Of a stretch of DNA of 64,000 bases, positions 11,501 to 26,500 are shown in pieces. Origin of the DNA: Eledone cirrhosa. Its lineage: Eukaryota. Position 1 is the stretch's first letter. Each line of letters opens with the position of its first letter. The translations under genes were made by a program, and so were the position numbers. The stretch lies in the NCBI GenBank assembly GCA_964016885.1, contig OZ024744.1:2852001-2916000 (forward strand), written 5' to 3'. A model generated the notes under the pieces. The model was not told the origin of the DNA and did no database searches. It saw only the letters and a list, made by a program, of their open reading frames with translations.

Positions 11501-14500
11501 AGGTAGAGAAAGATAGCTTGGTGAATAACGAAGTTTTGGGAGAAGACAAGGTAGAGAAAGATAGCTTGGTGAAGAACGACGTTTTGAGGGAAGACAAGGT
11601 AGAGAAAGATAGCTTGGTGAAGAACGAAGTTTTGGGGGAAGACAAGGTAGAGAAAGATAGCTTGGTGAAGAACGAAGTTTTGGGGGAAGACAAGGTAGAG
11701 AAAGATAGCTTGGTGAAGAACGAAGTTTTGGGGGAAGACAAGGTAGAGAAAGATAGCTTGGTGAAGAACGAAGTTTTGGGGAAGACAATGTAGAGAAAGA
11801 TAGCTTGGTGAAGAACGAAGATTTGGGGGAAGACAAGGTAGAGAAAGATAGCTTGGTGAAGAACGAAGTTTTGGGAGAAGACAAGGTAGAGAAAGATAGC
11901 TTGGTGAAGAACGAAGTTTTGAGGGAAGACAAGGTAGAGAAAGATGCTTGGTGAAGAACGACGTTTTGAGGGAAGACAAGGTAGAGAAAGATAGCTTGGT
12001 GAAGAACGACGTTTTGTGGGAAGACAAGGTAGAGAAAGATAGCTTGGTGAAGAACGAAGTTTTGGGGGAAGACAAGGTAGAGAAAGATAGCTTGGTGAAG
12101 AACGGAGTTTTGGGGGAAGACAAGGTAGAGAAAGATAGCTTGGTGAAGAACGAAGTTTTGGGGGAAGACAAGGTAGAGAAAGATAGCTTGGTGAAGAACG
12201 AAGTTTTGTGGAAGACAATGTAGAGAAAGATAGCTTGGTGAAGAACGAAATGTTGAGGGAAGACAAGGTAGAGAAAGATAGCTTGGTGAAGAACGACGTT
12301 TTGGTGGAAGACAAGGTAGAGAAAGATAGCTTGGTGAAGAACGATGTTTTGGGGAAGACAATGTAGAGAAAGATAGCTTGGTGAAGAACGAAGTTTTGGG
12401 GGAAGACAAGGTAGAGAAAGATAGCTTGGTGAAGAACGACGTTTTGAGGGAAGACAAGGTAGAGAAAGATAGCTTGGTGAAGAACGACGTTTTGGTGGAA
12501 GACAAGGTAGAGAAAGATAGCTTGGTGAAGAACGATGTTTTGGGGAAGACAATGTAGAGAAAGATAGCTTGGTGAAGAACGAAGTTTTGGGGGAAGACAA
12601 GGTAGAGAAAGATAGCTTGGTGAAGAACGAAGTTTTGAGGGAAGACAAGGTAGAGAAAGATAGCTTGGTGAATAACGATGTTTTGGGAGAAGACAAGGTA
12701 GAGAAAGATAGTTGGTGAAGAACGAAGTTTTGAGGGAAGACAAGGTAGAGAAAGATAGCTTGGTGCAGAACGACATTTTGAGGGAAGACAAAGTAGAGAA
12801 AGATAGCTTGGTGAAGAACGACGTTTTGTGGGAAGACAAGGTAGAGAAAGATAGCTTGGTGAAGAACGAAGTTTTGGGTGAAGACAAGGTAGAGAAAGAT
12901 AGCTTGGTGAAGAACGAAGTTTTGGGGAAGACAATGTAGAGAAAGATAGCTTGGTGAAGAACGAAGTTTTGGGGGAAGACAAGGTAGAGAAAGATAGCTT
13001 GGTGAAGAACGAAGTTTTGAGGGAAGACAAGGTAGAGAAAGATAGCTTGGTGAATAACGAAGTTTTGGGAGAAGACAAGGTAGAGAAAGATAGCTTGGTG
13101 AAGAACGACGTTTTGAGGGAAGACAAGGTAGAGAAAGATAGCTTGGTGAAGAACGAAGTTTTGTGGGAAGACAAGGTAGAGAAAGATAGCTTGGTGAAGA
13201 ACGAAGTTTTGAGGGAAGACAAGGTAGAGAAAGATAGCTTGGTGAATAACGAAGTTTTGGGAGAAGACAAGGTAGAGAAAGATAGCTTGGTGAAGAACGA
13301 CGTTTTGAGGGAAGACAAGGTAGAGAAAGATAGCTTGGTGAAGAACGAAGTTTTGTGGGAAGACAAGGTAGAGAAAGATAGCTTGGTGAAGAACGAAGTT
13401 TTGGGGAAGACAATGTAGAGAAAGATAGCTTGGTGAAGAACGAAGTTTTGAGGGAAGACAAGGTAGAGAAAGATAGCTTGGTGAATAACGAAGTTTTGGG
13501 AGAAGACAAGGTAGAGAAAGATAGTTGGTGAAGAACGAAGTTTTGAGGGAAGACAAGGTAGAGAAAGATAGCTTGGTGAAGAACGACGTTTTGAGGGAAG
13601 ACAAGGTAGAGAAAGATAGCTTGGTGAAGAACGACGTTTTGTGGGAAGACAAGGTAGAGAAAGATAGCTTGGTGAAGAACGAAGTTTTGGGGGAAGACAA
13701 GGTAGAGAAAGATAGCTTGGTAAAGAACGAAGTTTTGGGGAAGGCAATGTAGAGAAAGATAGATTGGTGAAGAACGAAGTTTTGGGGGAAGACAAGGTAG
13801 AGAAAGATAGCTTGGTGAAGAACGAAGTTTTGAGGGAAGACAAGGTAGAGAAAGATAGCTTGGTGAATAACGAAGTTTTGGGAGAAGACAAGGTAGAGAA
13901 AGATAGCTTGGTGAAGAACGACGTTTTGAGGGAAGACAAGGTAGAGAAAGATAGCTTGGTGAAGAACGAAGTTTTGGGGGAAGACAAGGTAGAGAAAGAT
14001 AGCTTGGTGAAGAACGAAGTTTTGGGGGAAGACAAGGTAGAGAAAGATAGCTTGGTGAAGAACGAAGTTTTGGGGGAAGACAAGGTAGAGAAAGATAGCT
14101 TGGTGAAGAACGAAGTTTTGGGGAAGACAATGTAGAGAAAGATAGCTTGGTGAAGAACGAAGATTTGGGGGAAGACAAGGTAGAGAAAGATAGCTTGGTG
14201 AAGAACGAAGTTTTGGGAGAAGACAAGGTAGAGAAAGATAGCTTGGTGAAGAACGAAGTTTTGAGGGAAGACAAGGTAGAGAAAGATGCTTGGTGAAGAA
14301 CGACGTTTTGAGGGAAGACAAGGTAGAGAAAGATAGCTTGGTGAAGAACGACGTTTTGTGGGAAGACAAGGTAGAGAAAGATAGCTTGGTGAAGAACGAA
14401 GTTTTGGGGGAAGACAAGGTAGAGAAAGATAGCTTGGTGAAGAACGGAGTTTTGGGGGAAGACAAGGTAGAGAAAGATAGCTTGGTGAAGAACGAAGTTT

Positions 14501-14570
14501 TGGGGGAAGACAAGGTAGAGAAAGATAGCTTGGTGAAGAACGAAGTTTTGTGGAAGACAATGTAGAGAAA
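8510..14570. repeat. Tandem higher-order repeat, period 2341-2342 bp (49 monomers), about 2.6 copies
   Basis: Offsets 8842->11184->13525, 9607->11948->14290 and 10371->12712. The GATGCTTGG deletion recurs at about 9602/11943/14285 and GGAAGGCAATG at about 9056/11398/13739. Confidence 0.9.
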
Positions 14571-17500
14571 GATAGCTTGGTGAAGAACGAAGTTTTGGGG
14601 AAGACAATGTAGAGAAAGATAGCTTGGTGAAGAACGAAGTTTTGGGGGAAGACAAGGTAGAGAAAGATAGCTTGGTGAAGAACGAAGTTTTGGGAGAAGA
14701 CAAGGTAGAGAAAGATAGCTTGGTGAAGAACGAAGTTTTGAGGGAAGACAAGGTAGAGAAAGATAGCTTGGTGAAGAACGACGTTTTGAGGGAAGACAAG
14801 GTAGAGAAAGATAGCTTGGTGAAGAACGACGTTTTGTGGGAAGACAAGGTAGAGAAAGATAGCTTGGTGAAGAACGAAGTTTTGGGGGAAGACAAGGTAG
14901 AGAAAGATAGCTTGGTGAAGAACGAAGTTTTGGGGGAAGACAAGGTAGAGAAAGATAGCTTGGTGAAGAACGAAGTTTTGTGGGAAGACAAGGTAGAGAA
15001 AGATAGCTTGGTGAAGAACGAAGTTTTGGGGGAAGACAATGTAGAGAAAGATAGCTTGGTGAAGAACGAAGTTTTGGGGGAAGACAAGGTAGAGAAAGAT
15101 AGCTTGGTGAATAACGAAATTTTGGGAGAAGACAAGGTCGAGAAAGATAGCTTGGTGAAGAACGAAATTTTGAGGGAAGACAAGGTAGAGAAAGATAGCT
15201 TGGTGAAGAACGACGTTTTGGTGGAAGACAAGGTAGAGAAAGATAGCTTGGTGAAGAACGATGTTTTGGGGAAGACAATGTAGAGCAAGATAGCTTGGTG
15301 AACAACGAAGTTTTGGGGGAAGACAAGGTAGAGAAAGATAGCTTGGTGAAGAACGACGTTTTGAGGGAAGACAAGGTAGAGAAAGATAGCTTGGTGAAGA
15401 ACGACGTTTTGTGGGAAGACAAGGTAGAGAAAGATAGCTTGGTGAAGAACGAAGTTTTGGGGGAAGACAAGGTAGAGAAAGATAGCTTGGTGAAGAACGG
15501 AGTTTTGGGGGAAGACAAGGTAGAGAAAGATAGCTTGGTGAAGAACGAAGTTTTGGGGGAAGACAAGGTAGAGAAAGATAGCTTGGTGAAGAACGAAGTT
15601 TTGGGGAAGACAATGTAGAGAAAGATAGCTTGGTGAAGAACGAAGTTTTGGGGGAAGACAAGGTAGAGAAAGATAGCTTGGTGAAGAACGAAGTTTTGGG
15701 AGAAGACAAGGTAGAGAAAGATAGCTTGGTGAAGAACGAAGTTTTGAGGGAAGACAAGGTAGAGAAAGATAGCTTGGTGAAGAACGACCTTTTGAGGGAA
15801 GACAAGGTAGAGAAAGATAGCTTGGTGAAGAACGACGTTTTGTGGGAAGACAAGGTAGAGAAAGATAGCTTGGTGAAGAACGAAGTTTTGGGGGAAGACA
15901 AGGTAGAGAAAGATAGCTTGGTGAAGGACGAAGTTTTGGGGGAAGACAAGGTAGAGAAAGATAGCTTGGTGAAGAACGAAGTTTTGTGGGAAGACAAGGT
16001 AGAGAAAGATAGCTTGGTGAAGAACAAAGTTTTGGGGGAAGACAATGTAGAGAAAGATAGCTTGGTGAAGAACGAAGTTTTGGGGGAAGACAAGGTAGAG
16101 AAAGATAGCTTGGTGAAGAACGAAATTTTGAGGGAAGACAAGGTAGAGAAAGATAGCTTGGTGAAGAACGACGTTTTGGTGGAAGACAAGGTAGAGAAAG
16201 ATAGCTTGGTGAAGAACGATGTTTTGGGGAAGACAATGTAGAGAAAGATAGCTTGGTGAAGAACGAAGTTTTGGGGGAAGACAAGGTAGAGAAAGATAGC
16301 TTGGTGAAGAACGAAGTTTTGGGAGAAGACAAGGTAGAGAAAGATAGCTTGGTGAAGAACGAAGTTTTGAGGGAAGACAAGGTAGAGAAAGATAGCTTGG
16401 TGAAGAACGACGTTTTGAGGGAAGACAAGGTCGAGAAAGATAGCTTGGTGAAGATCGAAATTTTGAGGGAAGACAAGGTAGAGAAAGATAGCTTGGTGAA
16501 AAACGATGTTTTGGGGAAGACAATGTAGAGAAAGATAGCTTGGTGAAGAACGAAGTTTTGGGGGAAGACAAGGTAGAGAAAGATAGCTTGGTGAAGAACG
16601 AAGTTTTGGGAGAAGACAAGGTAGAGAAAGATAGCTTGGTGAAGAACGAAGTTTTGAGGGAAGACAAGGTAGAGAAAGATAGCTTGGTGAAGAACGACGT
16701 TTTGAGGGAAGACAAGGTCGAGAAAGATAGCTTGGTGAAGAACGAAATTTTGAGGGAAGACAAGGTTGAGAAAGATAGCTTGGTGAAGAACGACGTTTTG
16801 GTGGAAGACAAGGTAGAGAAAGATAGCTTGGTGAAGAACGATGTTTTGGGGAAGACAATGTAGAGAAAGATAGCTTGGTGAAGAACGAAGTTTTGGTGGA
16901 AGACAAGGTAGAGAAAGATAGCTTGGTGAATAACGAAGTTTTGGGAGAAGACAAGGTAGAGAAAGATAGTTGGTGAAGAACGAAGTTTTGAGGGAAGACA
17001 AGGTAGAGAAAGATAGCTTGGTGAAGAACGACGTTTTGAGGGAAGACAAGGTAGAGAAAGATAGCTTGGTGAAGAACGAGGTTTTGTGGGAAGACAAGGT
17101 AGAGAAAGATAGCTTGGTGAAGAACGAAGTTTTGGGGGAAGACAAGGTAGAGAAAGATAGCTTGGTGAAGAACGAAGTTTTGGGGAAGACAATGTAGAGA
17201 AAGATAGCTTGGTGAAGAACGAAGTTTTGGGGGAAGACAAGGTAGAGAAAGATAGCTTGGTGAAGAACGACGTTTTGAGGGAAGACAAGGTAGAGAAAGA
17301 TAGCTTGGTGAAGAACGACGTTTTGTGGGAAGACAAGGTAGAGAAAGATAGCTTGGTGAAGAACGAAGTTTTGGGGGAAGACAAGGTAGAGAAAGATAGC
17401 TTGGTGAAGAACGAAGTTTTGGGGGAAGACAAGGTAGAGAAAGATAGCTTGGTGAAGAACGAAGTTTTGTGGGAAGACAAGGTAGAGAAAGATAGCTTGG

Positions 17501-20500
17501 TGAAGAACGACCTTTTGAGGGAAGACAAGGTAGAGAAAGATAGCTTGGTGAAGAACGACGTTTTGTGGGAAGACAAGGTAGAGAAAGATAGCTTGGTGAA
17601 GAACGAAGTTTTGGGGGAAGACAAGGTAGAGAAAGATAGCTTGGTGAAGAACGAAGTTTTGGGGGAAGACAAGGTAGAGAAAGATAGCTTGGTGAAGAAC
17701 GAAGTTTTGTGGGAAGACAAGGTAGAGAAAGATAGCTTGGTGAAGAACAAAGTTTTGGGGGAAGACAATGTAGAGAAAGATAGCTTGGTGAAGAACGAAG
17801 TTTTGGGGGAAGACAAGGTAGAGAAAGATAGCTTGGTGAATAACGAAATTTTGGGAGAAGACAAGGTCGAGAAAGATAGCTTGGTGAAGAACGAAATTTT
17901 GAGGGAAGACAAGGTAGAGAAAGATAGCTTGGTGAAGAACGACGTTTTGGTGGAAGACAAGGTAGAGAAAGATAGCTTGGTGAAGAACGATGTTTTGGGG
18001 AAGACAATGTAGAGAAAGATAGCTTGGTGAAGAATGAAGTTTTGGGGGAAGACAAGGTAGAGAAAGATAGCTTGGTGAAGAACGAAGTTTTGAGGGAAGA
18101 CAAGGTAGAGAAAGATAGCTTGGTGAATAACGAAGTTTTGGGAGAAGACAAGGTAGAGAAAGATAGTTGGTGAAGAACGAAGTTTTGAGGGAAGACAAGG
18201 TAGAGAAAGATAGCTTGGTGAAGAACGACGTTTTGAGGGAAGACAAGGTAGAGAAAGATAGCTTGGTGAAGAACGACGTTTTGTGGGAAGACAAGGTAGA
18301 GAAAGATAGCTTGGTGAAGAACGAAGTTTTGGGGGAAGACAAGGTAGAGAAAGATAGCTTGGTGAAGAACGAAGTTTTGGGGAAGACAATGTAGAGAAAG
18401 ATAGCTTGGTGAAGAACGAAGTTTTGGGGGAAGACAAGGTAGAGAAAGATAGCTTGGTGAAGAACGACGTTTTGAGGGAAGACAAGGTAGAGAAAGATAG
18501 CTTGGTGAAGAACGACGTTTTGTGGGAAGACAAGGTAGAGAAAGATAGCTTGGTGAAGAACGAAGTTTTGGGGGAAGACAAGGTGGGGAAAGATAGCTTG
18601 GTGAATAACGAAATTTTGGGAGAAGACAAGGTCGAGAAAGATAGCTTGGTGAAGAACGAAATGTTGAGGGAAGACAAGGTAGAGAAAGATAGCTTGGTGA
18701 AGAACGACGTTTTGGTGGAAGACAAGGTAGAGAAAGATAGCTTGGTGAAGAACGATGTTTTGGGGAAGACAATGTAGAGAAAGATAGCTTGGTGAAGAAC
18801 GAAGTTTTGGGGGAAGACAAGGTAGAGAAAGATAGCTTGGTGAAGAACGACGTTTTGAGGGAAGACAAGGTAGAGAAAGATAGCTTGGTGAAGAACGACG
18901 TTTTGGTGGAAGACAAGGTAGAGAAAGATAGCTTGGTGGAGAACGATGTTTTGGGGAAGACAATGTAGAGAAAGATAGCTTGGTGAAGAACGAAGTTTTG
19001 GGGGAAGACAAGGTAGAGAAAGATAGCTTGGTGAAGAACGAAGTTTTGAGGGAAGACAAGGTAGAGAAAGATAGCTTGGTGAATAACGAAGTTTTGGGAG
19101 AAGACAAGGTAGAGAAAGATAGTTGGTGAAGAACGAAGTTTTGAGGGAAGACAAGGTAGAGAAAGATAGCTTGGTGCAGAACGACATTTTGAGGGAAGAC
19201 AATGTAAAGAAAGATAGCTTGGTGAAGAACGACGTTTTGTGGGAAGACAAGGTAGAGAAAGATAGCTTGGTGAAGAACGAAGTTTTGGGGGAAGACAAGG
19301 TAGAGAAAGATAGCTTGGTGAAGAACGAAGTTTTGGGGAAGACAATGTAGAGAAAGATAGCTTGGTGAAGAACGAAGTTTTGGGGGAAGACAAGGTAGAG
19401 AAAGATAGCTTGGTGAAGAACGAAGTTTTGAGGGAAGACAAGGTAGAGAAAGATAGCTTGGTGAATAACGAAGTTTTGGGAGAAGACAAGGTAGAGAAAG
19501 ATAGCTTGGTGAAGAACGACGTTTTGAGGGAAGACAAGGTAGAGAAAGATAGCTTGGTGAAGAACGAAGTTTTGTGGGAAGACAAGGTAGAGAAAGATAG
19601 CTTGGTGAAGAACGAAGTTTTGAGGGAAGACAAGGTAGAGAAAGATAGCTTGGTGAATAACGAAGTTTTGGGAGAAGACAAGGTAGAGAAAGATAGCTTG
19701 GTGAAGAACGACGTTTTGAGGGAAGACAAGGTAGAGAAAGATAGCTTGGTGAAGAACGAAGTTTTGTGGGAAGACAAGGTAGAGAAAGATAGCTTTGTGA
19801 AGAACGAAGTTTTGGGGAAGACAATGTAGAGAAAGATAGCTTGGTGAAGAACGAAGTTTTGAGGGAAGACAAGGTAGAGAAAGATAGCTTGGTGAATAAC
19901 GAAGTTTTGGGAGAAGACAAGGTAGAGAAAGATAGTTGGTGAAGAACGAAGTTTTGAGGGAAGACAAGGTAGAGAAAGATAGCTTGGTGAAGAACGACGT
20001 TTTGAGGGAAGACAAGGTAGAGAAAGATAGCTTGGTGAAGAACGACGTTTTGTGGGAAGACAAGGTAGAGAAAGATAGCTTGGTGAAGAACGAAGTTTTG
20101 GGGGAAGACAAGGTAGAGAAAGATAGCTTGGTAGAGAACGAAGTTTTGGGGAAGGCAATGTAGAGAAAGATAGATTGGTGAAGAACGAAGTTTTGGGGGA
20201 AGACAAGGTAGAGAAAGATAGCTTGGTGAAGAACGAAGTTTTGAGGGAAGACAAGGTAGAGAAAGATAGCTTGGTGAATAACGAAGTTTTGGGAGAAGAC
20301 AAGGTAGAGAAAGATAGCTTGGTGAAGAACGACGTTTTGAGGGAAGACAAGGTAGAGAAAGATAGCTTGGTGAAGAACGAAGTTTTGGGGGAAGACAAGG
20401 TAGAGAAAGATAGCTTGGTGAAGAACGAAGTTTTGGGGGAAGACAAGGTAGAGAAAGATAGCTTGGTGAAGAACGAAGTTTTGTGGAAGACAATGTAGAG

Positions 20501-23500
20501 AAAGATAGCTTGGTGAAGAACGAAGTTTTGGGGAAGACAATGTAGAGAAAGATAGCTTGGTGAAGAACGAAGTTTTGGGGGAAGACAAGGTAGAGAAAGA
20601 TAGCTTGGTGAAGAACGAAGTTTTGGGAGAAGACAACGTAGAGAAAGATAGCTTGGTGAAGAACGAAGTTTTGAGGGAAGACAAGGTAGAGAAAGATAGC
20701 TTGGTGAAGAAAGACGTTTTGAGGGAAGACAAGGTAGAGAAAGATAGCTTGGTGAAGAACGACGTTTTGTGGGAAGACAAGGTAGAGAAAGATAGCTTGG
20801 TGAAGAACGAAGTTTTGGGGGAAGACAAGGTAGAGAAAGATAGCTTGGTGAAGAACGAAGTTTTGGGGGAAGACAAGGTAGAGAAAGATAGCTTGGTGAA
20901 GAACGAAGTTTTGTGGGAAGACAAGGTAGAGAAAGATAGCTTGGTGAAGAACGAAGTTTTGGGGGAAGACAATGTAGAGAAAGATAGCTTGGTGAAGAAC
21001 GAAGTTTTGGGGGAAGACAAGGTAGAGAAAGATAGCTTGGTGAATAAGGAAATTTTGGGAGAAGACAAGGTCGAGAAAGATAGCTAGGTGAAGAACGAAA
21101 TTTTGAGGGAAGACAAGGTAGAGAAAGATAGCTTGGTGAAGAACGACGTTTTGGTGGAAGACAAGGTAGAGGAAGATAGCTTGGTGAAGAACGATGTTTT
21201 GGGGAAGACAATATAGAGCAAGATAGCTTGGTGAACAACGAAGTTTTGGGGGAAGACAAGGTAGAGAAAGATAGCTTGGTGAAGAACGACGTTTTGAGGG
21301 AAGACAAGGTAGAGACAGATAGCTTGGTGAAGAACGACGTTTTGTGGGAAGACAAGGTAGAGAAAGATAGCTTGGTGAAGAACGAAGTTTTGGGGGAAGA
21401 CAAGGTAGAGAAAGATAGCTTGGTGAAGAACGGAGTTTTGGGGGAAGACAAGGTAGAGAAAGATAGCTTGGTGAAGAACGAAGTTTTGGGGGAAGACAAG
21501 GTAGAGAAAGATAGCTTGGTGAAGAACGAAGTTTTGTGGAAGACAATGTAGAGAAAGATAGCATGGTGAAGAACGAAGTTTTGGGGAAGACAATGTAGAG
21601 AAAGATAGCTTGGTGAAGAACGAAGTTTTGGGGGAAGACAAGGTAGAGAAAGATAGCTTGGTGAAGAACGAAGTTTTGGGAGAAAACAAGGTAGAGAAAT
21701 ATAGCTTGGTGAAGAACGAAGTTTTGAGGGAAGACAAGGTAGAGAAAGATAGCTTGGTGAAGAACGACCTTTTGAGGGAAGACAAGGTAGAGAAAGATAG
21801 CTTGGTGAAGAACGACGTTTTGTGGGAAGACAAGGTAGAGAAAGATAGCTTGGTGAAGAACGAAGTTTTGGGGGAAGACAAGGTAGAGAAAGATAGCTTG
21901 GTGAAGAACGAAGTTTTGTGGGAAGACAAGGTAGAGAAAGATAGCTTGGTGAAGAACAAAGTTTTGGGGGAAGACAATGTAGAGAAAGATAGCTTGGTGA
22001 AGAACGAAGTTTTGGGGGAAGACAAGGTAGAGAAAGATAGCTTGGTGAATAACGAAATTTTGGGAGAAGACAAGGTCGAGAAAGATAGCTTGGTGAAGAA
22101 CGAAATTTTGAGGGAAGACAAGGTAGAGAAAGATAGCTTGGTGAAGAACGACGTTTTGGTGGAAGACAAGGTAGAGAAAGATAGCTTGGTGAAGAACGAT
22201 GTTTTGGGGAAGACAATGTAGAGAAAGATAGCTTGGTGAAGAACGAAGTTTTGGGGGAAGACAAGGTAGAGAAAGATAGCTTGGTGAAGAACGAAGTTTT
22301 GGGGGAAGACAAGGTAGAGAAAGATAGCTTGGTGAAGAACGAAGTTTTGGGGAAGACAATGTAGAGAAAGATAGCTTGGTGAAGAACGAAGATTTGGGGG
22401 AAGACAAGGTAGAGAAAGATAGCTTGGTGAAGAACGAAGTTTTGGGAGAAGACAAGGTAGAGAAAGATAGCTTGGTGAAGAACGAAGTTTTGGGGGAAGA
22501 CAAGGTAGAGAAAGATAGCTTGGTGAAGAACGAAGTTTTGAGGGAAGACAAGGTAGAGAAAGATAGCTTGGTGAATAACGAAGTTTTGGGAGAAGACAAG
22601 GTAGAGAAAGATAGCTTGGTGAAGAACGACGTTTTGAGGGAAGACAAGGTAGAGAAAGATAGCTTGGTGAAGAACGAAGTTTTGGGGGAAGACAAGGTAG
22701 AGAAAGATAGCTTGGTGAAGAACGAAGTTTTGGGGGAAGACAAGGTAGAGAAAGATAGCTTGGTGAAGAACGAAGTTTTGGGGGAAGACAAGGTAGAGAA
22801 AGATAGCTTGGTGAAGAACGAAGTTTTGGGGAAGACAATGTAGAGAAAGATAGCTTGGTGAAGAACGAAGATTTGGGGGAAGACAAGGTAGAGAAAGATA
22901 GCTTGGTGAAGAACGAAGTTTTGGGAGAAGACAAGGTAGAGAAAGATAGCTTGGTGAAGAACGAAGTTTTGAGGGAAGACAAGGTAGAGAAAGATGCTTG
23001 GTGAAGAACGACGTTTTGAGGGAAGACAAGGTAGAGAAAGATAGCTTGGTGAAGAACGACGTTTTGTGGGAAGACAAGGTAGAGAAAGATAGCTTGGTGA
23101 AGAACGAAGTTTTGGGGGAAGACAAGGTAGAGAAAGATAGCTTGGTGAAGAACGGAGTTTTGGGGGAAGACAAGGTAGAGAAAGATAGCTTGGTGAAGAA
23201 CGAAGTTTTGGGGGAAGACAAGGTAGAGAAAGATAGCTTGGTGAAGAACGAAGTTTTGTGGAAGACAATGTAGAGAAAGATAGCTTGGTGAAGAACGAAG
23301 TTTTGGGGAAGACAATGTAGAGAAAGATAGCTTGGTGAAGAACGAAGTTTTGGGGGAAGACAAGGTAGAGAAAGATAGCTTGGTGAAGAACGAAGTTTTG
23401 GGAGAAGACAAGGTAGAGAAAGATAGCTTGGTGAAGAACGAAGTTTTGAGGGAAGACAAGGTAGAGAAAGATAGCTTGGTGAAGAACGACGTTTTGAGGG

Positions 23501-26500
23501 AAGACAAGGTAGAGAAAGATAGCTTGGTGAAGAACGACGTTTTGTGGGAAGACAAGGTAGAGAAAGATAGCTTGGTGAAGAACGAAGTTTTGGGGGAAGA
23601 CAAGGTAGAGAAAGATAGCTTGGTGAAGAACGAAGTTTTGGGGGAAGACAAGGTAGAGAAAGATAGCTTGGTGAAGAACGAAGTTTTGTGGGAAGACAAG
23701 GTAGAGAAAGATAGCTTGGTGAAGAACGAAGTTTTGGGGGAAGACAATGTAGAGAAAGATAGCTTGGTGAAGAACGAAGTTTTGGGGGAAGACAAGGTAG
23801 AGAAAGATAGCTTGGTGAATAACGAAATTTTGGGAGAAGACAAGGTCGAGAAAGATAGCTTGGTGAAGAACGAAATTTTGAGGGAAGACAAGGTAGAGAA
23901 AGATAGCTTGGTGAAGAACGACGTTTTGGTGGAAGACAAGGTAGAGAAAGATAGCTTGGTGAAGAACGATGTTTTGGGGAAGACAATGTAGAGCAAGATA
24001 GCTTGGTGAACAACGAAGTTTTGGGGGAAGACAAGGTAGAGAAAGATAGCTTGGTGAAGAACGACGTTTTGAGGGAAGACAAGGTAGAGAAAGATAGCTT
24101 GGTGAAGAACGACGTTTTGTGGGAAGACAAGGTAGAGAAAGATAGCTTGGTGAAGAACGAAGTTTTGGGGGAAGACAAGGTAGAGAAAGATAGCTTGGTG
24201 AAGAACGGAGTTTTGGGGGAAGACAAGGTAGAGAAAGATAGCTTGGTGAAGAACGAAGTTTTGGGGGAAGACAAGGTAGAGAAAGATAGCTTGGTGAAGA
24301 ACGAAGTTTTGGGGAAGACAATGTAGAGAAAGATAGCTTGGTGAAGAACGAAGTTTTGGGGGAAGACAAGGTAGAGAAAGATAGCTTGGTGAAGAACGAA
24401 GTTTTGGGAGGAGACAAGGTAGAGAAAGATAGCTTGGTGAAGAACGAAGTTTTGAGGGAAGACAAGGTAGAGAAAGATAGCTTGGTGAAGAACGACCTTT
24501 TGAGGGAAGACAAGGTAGAGAAAGATAGCTTGGTGAAGAACGACGTTTTGTGGGAAGACAAGGTAGAGAAAGATAGCTTGGTGAAGAACGAAGTTTTGGG
24601 GGAAGACAAGGTAGAGAAAGATAGCTTGGTGAAGGACGAAGTTTTGGGGGAAGACAAGGTAGAGAAAGATAGCTTGGTGAAGAACGAAGTTTTGTGGGAA
24701 GACAAGGTAGAGAAAGATAGCTTGGTGAAGAACAAAGTTTTGGGGGAAGACAATGTAGAGAAAGATAGCTTGGTGAAGAACGAAGTTTTGGGGGAAGACA
24801 AGGTAGAGAAAGATAGCTTGGTGAAGAACGAAATTTTGAGGGAAGACAAGGTAGAGAAAGATAGCTTGGTGAAGAACGACGTTTTGGTGGAAGACAAGGT
24901 AGAGAAAGATAGCTTGGTGAAGAACGATGTTTTGGGGAAGACAATGTAGAGAAAGATAGCTTGGTGAAGAACGAAGTTTTGGGGGAAGACAAGGTAGAGA
25001 AAGATAGCTTGGTGAAGAACGAAGTTTTGGGAGAAGACAAGGTAGAGAAAGATAGCTTGGTGAAGAACGAAGTTTTGAGGGAAGACAAGGTAGAGAAAGA
25101 TAGCTTGGTGAAGAACGACGTTTTGAGGGAAGACAAGGTCGAGAAAGATAGCTTGGTGAAGATCGAAATTTTGAGGGAAGACAAGGTAGAGAAAGATAGC
25201 TTGGTGAAAAACGATGTTTTGGGGAAGACAATGTAGAGAAAGATAGCTTGGTGAAGAACGAAGTTTTGGGGGAAGACAAGGTAGAGAAAGATAGCTTGGT
25301 GAAGAACGAAGTTTTGGGAGAAGACAAGGTAGAGAAAGATAGCTTGGTGAAGAACGAAGTTTTGAGGGAAGACAAGGTAGAGAAAGATAGCTTGGTGAAG
25401 AACGACGTTTTGAGGGAAGACAAGGTCGAGAAAGATAGCTTGGTGAAGAACGAAATTTTGAGGGAAGACAAGGTTGAGAAAGATAGCTTGGTGAAGAACG
25501 ACGTTTTGGTGGAAGACAAGGTAGAGAAAGATAGCTTGGTGAAGAACGATGTTTTGGGGAAGACAATGTAGAGAAAGATAGCTTGGTGAAGAACGAAGTT
25601 TTGGTGGAAGACAAGGTAGAGAAAGATAGCTTGGTGAATAACGAAGTTTTGGGAGAAGACAAGGTAGAGAAAGATAGTTGGTGAAGAACGAAGTTTTGAG
25701 GGAAGACAAGGTAGAGAAAGATAGCTTGGTGAAGAACGACGTTTTGAGGGAAGACAAGGTAGAGAAAGATAGCTTGGTGAAGAACGAGGTTTTGTGGGAA
25801 GACAAGGTAGAGAAAGATAGCTTGGTGAAGAACGAAGTTTTGGGGGAAGACAAGGTAGAGAAAGATAGCTTGGTGAAGAACGAAGTTTTGGGGAAGACAA
25901 TGTAGAGAAAGATAGCTTGGTGAAGAACGAAGTTTTGGGGGAAGACAAGGTAGAGAAAGATAGCTTGGTGAAGAACGACGTTTTGAGGGAAGACAAGGTA
26001 GAGAAAGATAGCTTGGTGAAGAACGACGTTTTGTGGGAAGACAAGGTAGAGAAAGATAGCTTGGTGAAGAACGAAGTTTTGGGGGAAGACAAGGTAGAGA
26101 AAGATAGCTTGGTGAAGAACGAAGTTTTGGGGGAAGACAAGGTAGAGAAAGATAGCTTGGTGAAGAACGAAGTTTTGTGGGAAGACAAGGTAGAGAAAGA
26201 TAGCTTGGTGAAGAACGACCTTTTGAGGGAAGACAAGGTAGAGAAAGATAGCTTGGTGAAGAACGACGTTTTGTGGGAAGACAAGGTAGAGAAAGATAGC
26301 TTGGTGAAGAACGAAGTTTTGGGGGAAGACAAGGTAGAGAAAGATAGCTTGGTGAAGAACGAAGTTTTGGGGGAAGACAAGGTAGAGAAAGATAGCTTGG
26401 TGAAGAACGAAGTTTTGTGGGAAGACAAGGTAGAGAAAGATAGCTTGGTGAAGAACAAAGTTTTGGGGGAAGACAATGTAGAGAAAGATAGCTTGGTGAA